The notes below the pieces were generated by a model. The model saw nothing but the letters and a program-made list of their open reading frames with translations. It did no database searches and was not told where the DNA came from. Source: the human T2T-CHM13v2.0 reference genome, Homo sapiens. Taken from it: a stretch of DNA of 64,000 nt. Shown here piece after piece: positions 1-14,945 of the stretch. The DNA lies in assembly GCF_009914755.1 (NCBI RefSeq), contig NC_060927.1; one strand, 5' to 3'. Position numbers and translations under genes: made by a program. How positions within the stretch are numbered: position 1 is the stretch's first letter; each line of letters starts with the position of its first letter.

Positions 1-474
1 ACTCTATGAGAAACGTGGCAGACTTTCAAAGTTAATTTTAACAACACCTAATTTTCACTTTACTAAGAATTTGAGAGTCTAAGAGGATGTAATTGATACC
101 ATATATTTGTCATAACAGGATCCATATCCACATCATTATTCACTCTGAGTGGGCAAAAGTGTTTGTAGCTACTTTGCAGACTTCTTGAATTATCCAGGGG
201 GTGTGATGGACAGTGTGAGAACTACTAATCCAGAGGTCAATGCTAAAAAGGCCAATATGGACTGGCTGAGCATGTTTAAAACGCATAGCCCTCAGGATTT
301 AGCCACTTTCCCAGCAAAGCAAGTCAATAGCCTACTCACAAGAAACATTCACCTCTGCATGGATAGGGGTACACAAATGAACATGACATTATTCTCTAAT
401 TCAGTCAATCTTCAGCAAAGAGCATACAGATTGCCCACGACTAATATTCAAGTCTTGGAGTGACAGCAATAAGG

Positions 475-610
475 GCTCAACCCCTTACTACTGGAGAATT
501 AAATGTAAGTCACTTAATTCTGAGCTTCACTATTTGCAGTTTAAAATAAGATCTTGTGAGAACTCAACTAAAGCAATTATGTAAAGTGCTAGAACCCAGT
601 AAATAAAGTA
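475..610 (+). mobile_element. MIR SINE fragment
   Basis: Degenerate MIR core: aagtcacttaattctgagcttc...ttgtgagaact...atgtaaagtgctagaac. Confidence 0.55.
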
Positions 611-740
611 GTTGCAAAGGTAAGGCAGATTTATGTATACTGATTTGAGGTGATTGCCTAAATATTGTTAATTTTTTAAAAAACCAAGGTTTAAAACTAT
701 ATTTAGTTTTATAAAATCAGTAAAAAAATGGAAATATCTG

Positions 741-792
741 TATATATATATATATGTGTGTGTGTGTATATACATATACACACCTATATATG
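741..792. repeat. (TA)n(TG)n compound microsatellite
   Basis: tatatatatatatatgtgtgtgtgtgtatatacatataca. Confidence 0.9.
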
Positions 793-807
793 CATTTGAT
801 TGTATAG

Positions 808-975
808 ACCAGATTTTGGTGAGCTTTTCCTGTAAAAGAACAAATGACAAATATTTTGGACTTCGTGGAGCAGATGGTTTCTGTTGCAACTACTCTGTTG
901 TAGAAAATAAGCAGACATGCACAATACATAAATGGATGGGTGTGGCTGTGTTCCATGAAAACTTTATTTAGCCCA
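808..975 (+). mobile_element. MER58A-like hAT-Charlie MITE
   Basis: ttttcctgtaaaag...aaatattttggac...tgttgcaactactc...gggtgtggctgtgttccatgaaaactttattta matches recalled MER58 consensus. Confidence 0.7.
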
Positions 976-2360
976 AGGGCTATTCCGTGTCTCTGGAAGG
1001 ATAAACAACACCTCAGCAATAACAGTTGACTCTGGAGAAATAATCCAGATGGATGAAAGAGACAGAGATTCACTTTTCATCTTATACATTGTTATAACTT
1101 TGAATTACATACAATGTACTGCATTTAAACAATAAATAAATTTACCTTTGGGAATGCAGGTATATTTCTCAGATATTGTGGATTCTGCTGCAGACCACCA
1201 CAATAAAGCAAATATCAAAATAAACCAAATCACATGAATTTTTGGTTTCCCACCATGTATAAAAGTTATGTTTATGCTATACTGTTGCCTATTAGGTATG
1301 TAATAGCATTTTGTTTTAAAAAAGTACATACCTTAATTTAAAAATACTATAGTGCTTAAAAATGCTAATGATTATATAAGCCTTCAGTGAGTTGTAATCT
1401 TTTTACTGATGGAGGGTGTTGCCTCAATGTCGATGGCTGCTGACTGATCAGGGTGGTGGTTGCTGAAAGCTGGAGGGGCTGTGGCAATTTATTAGAATAA
1501 GACAACAATAAAGTTTGCAGCATTGATTGACTCTTAATTTCACTGAAGATTTCTCTGTAGCATGTGATGCTGTTTGATAGCCACAGTAGAACATCTTTGA
1601 TATTTGAAGTCAATCCTTTCAAATCCTGCTACTGCTTTATCAATTAAATTTAAGTGATATTCTAAATCCTTTGTTGTCATGTCAAAAATGTTCACACCAT
1701 CTTCTCCAGAAGTAGATTTCATCTCAAAAAACCACTTTATTTTCTCATCCATAAGAAGCAATTAAACTCATCCATTAAACTTTGATCAAGAGACTGAAAA
1801 AATTTAGTCACATATTCAGGCTCCACTTCTAATTCTACTTCTCTTGCTATTTCCACCACATCTGCAGTTTCCTTCACCGAAGCCTTGAATCTCTCAAAGT
1901 CATCCATGAGGGTTGGAATCACCTTCTTCCAAAAGTCCTGTTAATGTTGGTATTTTGACCTCTTCTCATGAATCATGAATGTTCTTAATGGCATCTAGAA
2001 TACTGGATCCTTTTCGGAAGGTTTTTCGTTTACTTTGCCCAGATCAATCATTGGAATCACCATCTATGGCACCAAAAGACTTATGAAATGTTTTTAAATC
2101 ATAAGACTTGAAAGTAGAAATTACTCTTGAATCCCTGGGTACAGAATGGTTGTTGTGTTAACCGGCATAAAACCAACATTAATCTACTTGTATATCTTCA
2201 TCAAAGCTCTTCTTAGGTGACTAAGTGTATTGTCAATAAGCAGTAATATTTTAAAAGAAATCTTTTTTCTGAGCTATAGTTCTCGACAGTGGGTTTAAAA
2301 TATTCAGCAAACTATACTGTAAACAGATGTGCTGTCATCCAGGATTTGTGATTCCATTTA

Positions 2361-2840
<480 letters not shown>

Positions 2841-5779
2841 TAGATTTACCATACTTCTTAAGGGTTCCAGGGTAGATTTAGCATAATTCTTAAGGGTCCC
2901 AAGATTTTCAGAATTGTAACTTAACATTGGCTTCAATTTAAAGTCAGGGCATAACCCCCTAACAAGAGTCAGTCTATCCACTGAAGCTTTGAAGCCAGGT
3001 ATTGACTTCTCTCTAGTTATGAAAGTTTTAGATGGCATCTTCTTTCAATAGAAGCTTATTTCATCTACACTGAAAATTTGTTGTTTAGTGTGGCCACCTT
3101 CCTCAATGATCTTAGCTAGATCTTCTGGATAACTTGCTACAGCTTCTCCAAGAGCACTTGCTGCTCCATCTTGCACTGCCATGTTGTGGAGATGGCTTCT
3201 TTTCTTAAATATCATAAACCAACCTCTGCTGGCTTTTCTTCTGTGGCTGCCTCACCTCTCTCAGCCTTTATAGAATTGAAGAGAGGCAAGGATTTGCTAT
3301 AGATTAATCCTTGGTTTAATAAGGGTATGCTGTGGCTAGTTTGATCTTCTATCCAAACCACTAAAACTTTCTCCATATCAGTAATAAGGCTGTCTTGCAT
3401 TTTTATCATTTGTGTATTCACTGGAGAGCAATTTTAATTTCCTTCAAGAACCTTTCCTTTGCATTCACAACGTAGCTGTTTGGCGCAACAGGCCTGGCTT
3501 TCCTCCTATCTTAACTTTCAACGTCGTTTCCTAAGTTTAATCGTTTCTAGCTTTTGATTCTAAGGGAGAGACATACAACTCCTCTTTTCACTTGAACTTA
3601 CAGTGGCCACTATAGTGTTATTAATTGACCTAAATTCAATATTATGGAGTCTTGGGTAAGAGAAAGACCCAAGACAGGGAGAAAGATGGGAAACGGGTGG
3701 AGCAAGCAGAACAAACACATGTATTGATTACATTCTCTTTCTTCTACGGGTGTAGTTCATGGCCCCCCAAAACAATTACAATAATAACACCAAGGATCAC
3801 TGATCAAAGATCACCATGGAAGATATAATTATAATGGTGAGTTTTAAACTAGTGTGAGAATTACAAAAATGTGACACAGAAACACGAAGTGGGTACTTAC
3901 AGACTTTCTCAAAGCAGGGTTGCCACAGACCTCCAATTTCTAAAAAGTACAGTATCTGTGAAGTGCAGCAAAATGAAAGGCAAAAAAACAAGGTGGACCT
4001 GTAATTATTTTTTCCATGTATCAATCAATTTCCCAGGGCATCAGTTTTATCTTCTGTGGAAAGGGAATATAACATCATTTCTCCTTCTTTCACTGGGCCA
4101 TTGTGGAAATAAAATTAAACAATGAATGTAAATGTGCTTCATAAACAGGAAAGTACATGTATAGTGCTATATTTATTATTTTATAGCTGTTTCATTTGGG
4201 GAAATAGGGCAGCTTAGTAGCTGAGAGCTCAGGTATTAGAACTGTTCTATTGAAGACCAAGCAGAATATTTCCAGTTTCCTTTCCCTTTTATTACCACTG
4301 TGTTCTAATAGAATGCAAACTCAAATCAATACTGGGCTCAAAGTAATTTAGACAGTAAATCTACCATATTGAAAACTGGTATCTAGGAAACAAAGTTCTA
4401 ATTGGGATCTGCACTTTTAATAATTCACAATATTCTTTTCTTAAATCTATGTAATTTACTAGGGAGGAAAACTAAAATAAGGAACATGTTTTCCTCATGT
4501 CTTTTTTTTAACTTTCCAAGTCAATTCTGGAGTTATTTGACACTGGACCCTGTCCAGCTGACATTCACAGTTTCTGTAAATGTTGTACAATTAGAATTGA
4601 TCAGAATAATAACCTTATCCACAATAAAATCCTCAAACACTAAATAAGATTTAATTAAGTCATGTCAAATATGTTATAACACAAAGAAATAGATAAATGT
4701 GTTTTAAAATTATTTTCAATAATAAATGTTAAAATGAAAGGAAGCTTAGATTACACTTGAGCTAAACTAAACCATTTATTTTCATTAAAAATTGATTTAT
4801 TGAGATTTATTTGAGAGGCAAATATAAAAGACTGTTGGATTATATCTACTCTAGCAATTGTTTATAATCACTGGGATGGAGAGTAAGAGATGGAAACATT
4901 TTAAGAGACATGAAGAAAGATAGGTCTGTCAGCGTAATGGGATAAAGCACCTAGTGTTTATAAAAATAAGAGTATAGCACTTTGTGAACTTTGAGAAATG
5001 TGAACGAACATTGATTGGTAAAATGTCTATTTTATAACTGCATTTAAATCATCTTGAAAGTTTGAAGAACATGCACCACTTTATTTAAGGATGCCTTAAA
5101 TACAGAATTTGCCAAGTAGTGAAAGCTGGAGATGAAATGTGGAGAGTCTTATGGGTATTTTGACCAACAATGAATCCAATACTGAAATGGAAGAGGCCAT
5201 ATTTGTCACCGAGTCTTAGACCCAAAGGTAAGACAGCTATGAGCAAAAAATACAGGTATGTATAAATCTGAACTCAACAATGTGAACTCTACAATAATAG
5301 ACTGGAGTAGAAAATGGATTTTGTGTAGCAAATTCTCTTGGTAGCCAAAGATAAAAGACATTCTTGTTTACAAACAGAGGCACCAAAGCAAAGAACCACT
5401 TCACTGATGCAAAAGCTAATTAAATCTTTGAGAAATTTTTCCAAGGAAGAGAAGATGGAGAGTGAATATCAAAGGGACTAGCTTGGGAGGAGTGCCCTAA
5501 GGATAAAGGAAACAAACTACAGTGAAACTTATTAGATAAAAAAATAATAAACACATAGCCTTCACTGTGGTACATATTCTTGCTGAAGTGGGTGGTGGCA
5601 GAAGAGATGAATAACATGGGGTATTCCCACTAATTAATTGCCACATTACAACAAAGCAATTTATATTCCAAAAATGAAATTTCTGAAACCAAATACAGTT
5701 GCAGAATTTGTCTCATCAGGAACAGTCTGCTGAAGTGGCCTTACTAGTCCCACTTGCTGGAGAAGTGAGAGTTAGTGCC

Positions 5780-6445
5780 CGAAGGTAGAATTTTAGGGCT
5801 TGAAGCTTGTACAATTTGGACCTTCTCAGTAAGTAAAGAAAAATACGAAATTACTAATACAAAACTAGATAGATGTAAGAGCAGAGTTTTATTTGGAATG
5901 AGAAACAAAATCACAACAAATTACACATATCGAAATACTGGCAAATGCCACAACTATCACATAATCCAGAGGGAAAAAAACATAATATACAATTAATACT
6001 TTGACATAAATCTTACCCTGCACCTTTTAGTCAAGATGTCAGAAAAATTGGCAGTAGGGACCGCATGGAAGCCATTCTTAAACCAGGATGGCTAGCCTAA
6101 CTTCATAACTTTATTGGATGCTTGGAAGTGACTTGGAGCCACATAAATCCAAACTAAGTGTATCCCCAATTTAATCTCCTTTAGCAGATCCCACTCATTC
6201 ATGGACACTCTGAAGTCATTCAGTCAGGAGAGGAAATGTGATGGAGGGCAAGTTAGAGTGGTGTGACAGTGGTCTAAAACAACTAAAGTCAAAATGATTT
6301 TTGCAAGTTTTACAAAAACCCATTGTGGTGAACACATTGTGAGCACACTGCTGGACTCCTCCCAGAACCTTGCAAGGGGCCCAGGCAAGTGAGAGTTCCT
6401 GCAACTCAGCTCAGCTTCCTTTATGTCACTGTAAGTTTGCCTCTG
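5780..6445. mobile_element. MER115/Zaphod-derived hAT-Tip100 element
   Basis: gaagcttgtacaatttgg...gaatgagaaacaaaatcacaacaaattac...ggaagccattc...aaggggcccaggcaagtgag...gtaagtttgcctctg; about 670 bp. Confidence 0.7.
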
Positions 6446-6512
6446 CATGGCCATTGGTGCTTCTCCACTGAATACAAGTTGCCACAGATAGGAGGTAAAA
6501 AAAGTGTCGGCT

Positions 6513-6910
<398 letters not shown>

Positions 6911-8062
6911 TCATATTTGTAAAATGTACCAAAAGTGAGAACTCTAACAGGTACTTAAAAATATTTCAGGGAAATTTTTTCTTGTTAATTTCTTTGAAAG
7001 TCCCAGATTCTTTCACAGAAAGATTAATGAGACTTCAATGGCACAAGATTTAGAATTTCTAAGCTATATGTAATATGACCTGAAGGATGATGTTGGAGGT
7101 TTCTCTATCCGAGAAAAATCTGCCCTGTAAGAATGTTAAACTTCTCCCTCAGACTCTAATCATTATAGAATAAAAGAATGATTCAAGGCCATTCACCATT
7201 ATAATTCAAAGTCCTCTCTAGCTGAAGCTAAGAAGTATGGCCACATTATTATCAATTAGAAAACTCATTGAGAATCAGTATATTAGAGCAGAGAGTTACC
7301 AACCATGTGTCTGAGAAAATATTACCCAGGAAAGCTATGTTCTGAAGTTTTGAGGAAGAACAGACATAATGAATATAGATGGAAGAAAATGATCTCTTCC
7401 AGGAAAGTTTCTGCATATAGAGGACAAGCCATAACTGGGCATTCCGTGAGACCTGGGAAGTGGAGCATAGTGGCAGCTGCGTTCAAAAGAGGTAAGAAAA
7501 ACATAGAAGGAGGAGGTAAAGTGATGCTAAGTTACACAGCTGTTTTATTGTGTAGTTTTGCCAAGGGCTGGCTTTGCCCTTGGTATCTGACAATAACAAA
7601 GACTGATGCATGTGCATATATAAGGCCATGGGTCCAAGCTGCATGTGTAAGCCATGTGCATTGGACTGGAGAAGTCAACAGTGAACTCCAGGGAGTGAGC
7701 AGGCCCCTTTTCATACCAGTCGCTTTAGATAGCAGAGATTTGACAGTGGTCTATTTTAGGTGACAAGCTCAGGCCAACATTTCCCAAAAAGATGTACATG
7801 CACCCCTGCTGGTATGTGAGATGTTATGATTTAAACGGTCATTTCTAATGCTTTTATCTGGCATTTTAATTATCTTAGTATGATAAAGGAAAAAATATTG
7901 ACCCAGTGGGTTAACAGATATTATAATGTTTTCCTTTAAATTAATTACATACATAAGAAGCAAATCAATTTAGAAGTAAAGAATAATTAAGAGTATTCTG
8001 AATACGTGATATTGAGATGTGACAAGTATCACAAAAGGGAATTAGAATAATAAAGCCTAGGA

Positions 8063-8936
<874 letters not shown>

Positions 8937-9611
8937 AATAAAGCCTAGGAAATAAATTTGTATATAAACCTCTGCTTTTCTAAGAGTATAGAGAAGTGGG
9001 CGTTATGCAAAGGACTGCAAGAGACAGAATGCATTTTGCCTTGAAGGAAACTCATATCTCAAGTTCCTAAATTTTATCAAATAGAAATGGAAATAGAAAA
9101 CCCAAAATATGGCTAAGTTTTCTTTTAGTTTTATGTTTTATCAGGGTTCATGCTGCCCATTTTCACCCAGGAGGAGCTTGAGGTGTAAGGTAATTAGGTT
9201 AGTTCCTAAGGTTCAGGAAACAGTTAAGATTGGAATGCAGGACCGTTATCTCCAAATTCCATGATAACTATTACTCTGGCATGGTTCAAGACATTCTGGC
9301 AAAAATTGGTAAGGTGGAGAATCAGTACAGGTAAAAAAAAAAAAAAAAAAAATGGGAATGGCTCATGCACAACTAGAACATTAACTTCTATATCTATTCC
9401 TGGCTAAAATGTTACCAATTTCTGGAGACACAGACTTGTTAACATGAAATATACACAGCTGTCAGGATGTTTAAACAGAAAAACATGATAAGGACAATTT
9501 ATGCAAAAACTAAGTATGTATACATATGTATGAGTATGCATACATACGCACTTCCATTATATGCATAGGTGAAATGGGAGTTTGTTGATAAGAATCAACA
9601 TTAGATTATGC

Positions 9612-9825
9612 CACAGTGGTTAAGAATGAGGGCTCTGACCCCTTACTTCCTAGACTCAAATTCCTTACTAGCTATGTGACTTTGGCCAAGTTTTTCAACT
9701 TCTCAAACCATGTTTCCTCAAAACTAGGATAATAATAATAGCTATCTTATACAGTTGCTATGAGGATAAAATGAGATAATATTCAAAACATGCTGAAAAC
9801 TGTGCCTAGAATACCATAAATTATA
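9612..9825 (+). mobile_element. MIR
   Basis: cagtggttaagaatgagggctctg...cttactagctatgtgactttggccaagtt...gttgctatgaggataaaatgagataat. Confidence 0.85.
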
Positions 9826-10189
9826 CATAGCTATAAAGAGTTAGCCTTATTGTCCAGTTGATGACACAATTTAAAATAAACGCAAATGCACAGAAAGTTC
9901 ACTCTTCACTGGCCCAATAATCTGTTTCAATCTCAACTTACATATTATTAAATAGAAGACTACAATTATTTTCACACCAGCATTTGACACAAGAATTGGA
10001 AAATGTTTTGAAACCTTTTTAATTATATGGGAAGTTACTATGTAGAGGAGACCTTTGCTTGACAACTGGTCATTACTAGGAGTAGCTAAGAAGGTAAATA
10101 TTGTATTACATGTGAGACCTTTCCTGATGTTTTACTCTTACTGATTCTCTGGTTTATCAACGTGTACAGAAGATAAGTGCTACACAGGA

Positions 10190-10530
10190 GTGCCAGCTCT
10201 GTCTTAAATGGAATTAAGTCTGAATCCTAGGGGATGAGGAAGATTCTGCCAGGTAAAATAGTGAAGAGAGAGGTGGAGCTTATCCAGGTGGGTGCCCACT
10301 GTATGTTAATGCCTAGATATGAAAAAATGCTGTTCATTTCTGAACAGTATGTCCCCTGTCCATGGTTTGAGCTTACAATACAAGGTGGGGGAGCTTGAGA
10401 GACTGAGTCTGGTTGGGTGTAATAGAGCCTCTTTGTCATGCTAAGGATTTTAGATGTTATCTGGAGGGAAGTTGCGAACAACCGGAAAGCTTTAAACTGG
10501 GAAGTTACATGGTTATTTTTGCTAAGAGGC
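10190..10530 (-). mobile_element. L2 LINE fragment
   Basis: Purine-rich L2 antisense signature gccaggt...agagcctctttgtcatgctaaggattttagatgttatc. Confidence 0.6.
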
Positions 10531-10547
10531 TACCAGCATCTATGTGA

Positions 10548-10859
10548 CAGAAATTCTTAATGTGGAGTCCATAGACACTCCCTGAAATATAGTGGGTCTA
10601 TGAACTGAGATAGCAACAAGGAAAAAAAAATCATATTTATTTTTACTAATCAATTTAGTGTATTACTAAAACAGCATGCATTTTTTATATCACACATTTG
10701 TTTATAATATACTGATAACTATTTTAATATAATTGTTTTCTCTATAATCCTGTCTTTTTTTATTTCATGCTTTTAAAACATTTTTCTGATAAGGAGTCCA
10801 TAGGCTTATCTAGACAGCCAAAGGGGTCTCTAGCACAAAATAAGGTTAAGAACCCCTAG
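10548..10859. mobile_element. hAT-Charlie MITE (Charlie18a-like)
   Basis: TIR-like ends cagaaattcttaatgtggagtccatag ... aaggttaagaacccctag; internal aaggagtccataggctt...gccaaaggggtc. Confidence 0.65.
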
Positions 10860-11299
10860 GAAAGGGTTACAGGTATACCTACTGAGACTACACAGGATTC
10901 CTCACAGCATATGCTAGGCAAGTGGCTGCAAGTTCTAGTACAAACCAAATATCCCAACAAGGTAATAATTAAGCTAGCTTAATTAAATACTCCAAATACT
11001 GTTATCGCTAGTACTTCTTTTACTGTGTGTGCTAGCAAGAAAGTTCAAAATATTAAATTGTCTCTTTCAAATCAAGTTCCCTGGCAACCTTGCAGGCACA
11101 AACCCTCCATATTGTGTCAGGTTGCTTCTGTGCATACACAGTATTATAGTGGATATTTCCTGATGTCTCTCCAGATCCATCCCTCCTCCCTCTGGCAAAA
11201 GCAAGCAATTGCAAACAATCAAATCAACTAATTGGATGCATCTCTTATCCTCTTTCAATATGTATCATCTTGGGGGGAGTGTCATTCCCCTCAAAACAT

Positions 11300-11630
11300 G
11301 TATGCCGAGGCTAAGTCAATCTTTGTATCACTTTCCATCAACCACATGATCTAAACTTGTCCAATGAGAGTAACACTCAAGATTTTGCAGGAACTAGCTG
11401 ACAAGATTCTAGTTGTTTCTACTGGATTTGAATCCAAGGGTCTATGAGAATGGAGCTCCTACAACCACATTTGCCACCAAAATGGAGAGCCTGATATCAG
11501 AAGAAGAAGTTAGCATGCAGAAACTAAAGAGGGAATGGGGAGAAACTGAGTTCTGATGACACTATTTGATCCCTGGAGACAGAGATAACACTGGACTACT
11601 TAAATTCATGAGCCAAGTGTTTTTGTTTTT
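11300..11630 (+). mobile_element. Old MaLR LTR (MLT1J/K-like) fragment
   Basis: ccaatgagag..gattttgc..tttctactggatttg..ggagagcctg..gttctgatgacactatttgatccctgg..catgagccaa. Confidence 0.55.
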
Positions 11631-11939
11631 TATTTTATAAAAATTATGGAATTATTTAAATTATTTTTTTGCTAGATGGAGAGGAGCCTAATGGAAAGAA
11701 CAAATGTTCATATACGATGTGGAAAAACAGAAAATAAAATTTAAAAACTCTATGTAGTTCACAGCATACTGTGGATTCTTTTCTTCCCAATTAATTTATG
11801 GTGGCATAAAAGATTTTCCAGAAAAGAGCCCCTTCCTCTAGTGTTAAGGAGGGGTATCTAATCATTGAATACATAAACTATTATAATCACATATTTGGTG
11901 TCCATATTGTGTTAATAGCATTCCTTAGGCAGAACGTTG

Positions 11940-12690
11940 CCAAGAGTACTCCATAAACCACCCACAGCAGAATTATATGGGGTTGAGCTAACAGTAGACA
12001 CTGTTACAGTACTGCCAGGTTCATATGCCCAATGCACAGCAACATACCAATACACTGAGACAGTGGGGTTTGCAACAGAGAAACAGTTTAATAATCACAA
12101 GATGTGAGGAATCCTCAAGCTTCAAATCTGTCTTCTCTAGGGGTTGTGGGCAAAGGTTTTTAAGGGGCTCATGGAGAGCGAGGGGTTAGAAAACTAATCA
12201 TCCATTGGCCATGGTAAGGAGAATGAAATCATCAGGATGTGGAAACTGCATTCTTCCATGAGTCAGCTCCTTGCTGGGCTCTTCAGACCAGCTGGCATCA
12301 GTAGTTTTATTAGTATGCAGAACTTAAAGGAGAAACTCAAATGGAAAAATTTTTCATCTCACAATGTCTTATAATTTATATATAGAACAGAAAATAAACA
12401 ACGAGTCTTGTGACAAAGACTACATTATCCTAGGGATGTAAGCAGTGATCAGATTAAAGGAAGTGGGCCAAAGGGCAAGCTAGGTTCATGATGGATGCTA
12501 TGGTGCTGCAAGACTAGTTGGAGTTTATTTTATTACCTTAATCAATTTTATAAAATTTCCTTGGGGGTGGTTTCAACGTTCTTGGATTCCAGGCCAAATG
12601 TATTGAATAATATCTCTGGAGGAAAGGGCAGGCCTAAGAATCTGCATTTTTCTTAAATACCTGGTGTTGTCCACACACAGAAGGGGCTAA
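11940..12690. mobile_element. MER5-like MITE split by an ERV1 LTR
   Basis: Right part ggcctaagaatctgcattttt...atacctggtg; left part ends just before 12002. Confidence 0.45.
12002..12575 (-). mobile_element. ERV1 solo LTR (LTR8/MER4-group-like)
   Basis: TG...CA termini (tgttac...ggtttca); ccaatacactgagacag..gtttgcaacagagaaacagtttaat; gaaatcatcaggatgtggaaactg. Confidence 0.7.
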
Positions 12691-12859
12691 AACCTTCTTT
12701 CTTATGGTTACTAATGCTATCGAAAGTACAGAATTATGCCATGAGGGTATCTAGGATTGCACTGTGCTAATTCTTCACTGAGTATTTTTTGTATTTTTCA
12801 CTTTAAGCTTTTATGTTATTGGTTAGGAGTTTTTCACTGCCATTTATCACGGTCAAGCC

Positions 12860-13290
12860 ATACCATGTACCATCATTCCTGAAGCTCTTAGTGTAAAACA
12901 GATTCCCAGGATTTATTCTGGTTTCAGTTCATGTGGTGGGAGCCCTGAAAACCTGCATTTTTATTTTTTACCTGACCATCTGGAACACCTGAAGTGTGTG
13001 TCAGTGTTTGCTATTCACAGTAACACGACAGTCAGTTGTGTGGACTGTATCATCTTTCAGATGAAGCAGAAGCCTAAGTAGGCCTTTGTGTTGCCTTAAT
13101 GTTTATTTAGTGCACAAAAGCATTGGGTGTTTGTTCTCGTTAGGGACTATTAACAAATAGAAAATACTATTAGTTTTGTTCAAACTTTCACATCTGTTCC
13201 CATCCTGTATAGGATTTTAATCCTGTATATTAATCAGGTAGGACCAAGTTTCCCAGGTAATTCTGATGCATCTGGAAGTTTTGAGAATGA
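12860..13290. mobile_element. MER5A-like MITE interrupted by a 269-bp duplicated segment
   Basis: ..gagccctgaaaacctgcattttt [insert] ..ccaagtttcccaggtaattctgatgc..tttgagaa. Confidence 0.65.
12970..13238 (+). repeat. Direct-repeat copy 1 of a 269-bp local duplication
   Basis: Aligns without gaps to 14453-14721 with about 30 mismatches by hand count (~89%). Confidence 0.95.
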
Positions 13291-14452
13291 TTAAGCTGGA
13301 GAGATCAAGAAAAAGAATGAACTCTAAGCAGTATAGAAAGAAAAGATTAAACCTGAAATCCTTGAATTCCCTTTTTATTTGATCAATCCAGAAGACACCT
13401 TCAGTTTTCCCTATCTGTGGTTAGTTTTTCCTCTTTTTAGCACACCACAGTTTCTTTCACACCTATGGAGGTTCAGAATTCATGGTACTCTTTGTATAGA
13501 ACAACTTAAGCCACTTGCGGGCACCAACCAGATTTAATTAGGAATATCCCTAAGGAAAAGACTTGGCCCCTCTATGGGCGTTGTTGCATGCACATCTTGT
13601 CACTACCCAGCAGGGCTTAATGATTGATGACTTTTGGGATATTTTAAAAGTAGGAAATTGAGCATACAATTGAAAATGCCAAAATGCGGCTGCATTCATG
13701 AAGCAAACTCACTGTGAGCTCTGAATTCCGTTTTTGTCCCTCAGTTAAAATTGAGTTTGAGTTATGCACACATTTCAGGAATAGGAAAACTATTCTTTAT
13801 CTATTTTCAGATATGGATTTTGGCATCTTCTTCAAACTAGCTGTAGAAATGGAGCTGCATATAGGTAAGCAGAAACGCTGCAGTTTCTTAAGAAGTTTTT
13901 GACAATAACTTCAGGTAAAAATGAGAACTTTTCCTACACTGTAAACTGTCCACTACTGGGTGGGGGATTTGTGAAAATGTATCATTCTACTAAGTGGAGA
14001 GATTCCTTACATTATTCATTCAAGGTATTTTTCCTATTTTTCCTGTGGAGGAGACAGAGAGTGAGAGAACAAAAGAGAAAGAAAGAGAAGTGATTTTTTT
14101 TTCACCAGTTACCTATTTTTATTAGGAAATCATAAGAAAAACATACATTGTATGTTATAACTATATCTATTATTTCTTGTAATTAATAAATCTGAAGAGG
14201 AAAAATCATTTAAGGCAGTATTTCCACGTCTTTCAATGTATGTTTTTAAAAGTTAATACTTGTGCACTTAAAAAATCTTTTCGCACATGTGATAAGACAA
14301 AAGGAACTGATCCCTATTTTTTCCCACAAATAAAGCTGTTGTATCTTACTCTTGTACAGGGTGCATATATTATTATTGACATAAATTTCCAATCAATATT
14401 TAGAAATAAAGCTTCATAGAAAATTTCATTTCACCTAATCAATAGACAATCA

Positions 14453-14721
14453 ACCTGGCCATCTGGAACACCTGAAGTGTGTGTCAGTGTTTCCTATTCA
14501 TGGTAACAAGGCAGTCAACTGTGTGGACTGTGTCATCTTTCAGCTGAAACAAGAGCCTAAGGAGGCCTTCGTGTTGCCTTAATGTTTTTTTAGTACACAA
14601 AACCACTGGGTGTGTGTTCTCATAAGGGACTATTAACAAACAGAAAATACTATTAGTTTTGTTCAAACTTTCACATCTGTTTCCATTCTGTGTAGGCTTT
14701 TAATCTTGTGTATCAATCAGG
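14453..14721 (+). repeat. Direct-repeat copy 2 (probable donor)
   Basis: Same 269 bp; continues seamlessly into an LTR-like element at its right end. Confidence 0.95.
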
Positions 14722-14945
14722 GTTCAATCAGACCACTATGAGCCATGTATGGACTTTATGAAAAGGTGGGAGATGCTGGAGAGGTCAATTCAAGTCTGTG
14801 GCTCCTGTATCTGGTTTTGGGCTTCATCTGCTATAGGGTGGCTAGGTCAGTCTCCAGGGTAAAGATAGATGTGAAATAGGGGGTCAAGGACAAACTGAAA
14901 CCTTCAAGAATGAATTGGAACCCACCAGGATGAATGACTCTCTTG
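14709..14945 (-). mobile_element. ERVL-class LTR fragment (LTR41/LTR52/MLT2-like)
   Basis: tgtatcaatcagggttcaatcag terminus; ggacaaactgaaacc..gaattggaacccacc motif. Confidence 0.45.

Noticed and set aside
149-463. 104-aa ORF
   Set aside because: GTG start, no recognisable domain and no splice or promoter context; this length is expected by chance.
4850-5750. Purine-rich stretch faintly resembling decayed retroelement coding sequence
   Set aside because: The frames I translated are stop-ridden and I could not assign a family; an nhmmer/Dfam search would be needed.
7305-7763. 152-aa ORF, the longest in the track
   Set aside because: Partly overlaps L2-like purine-rich sequence and has no recognisable homology.
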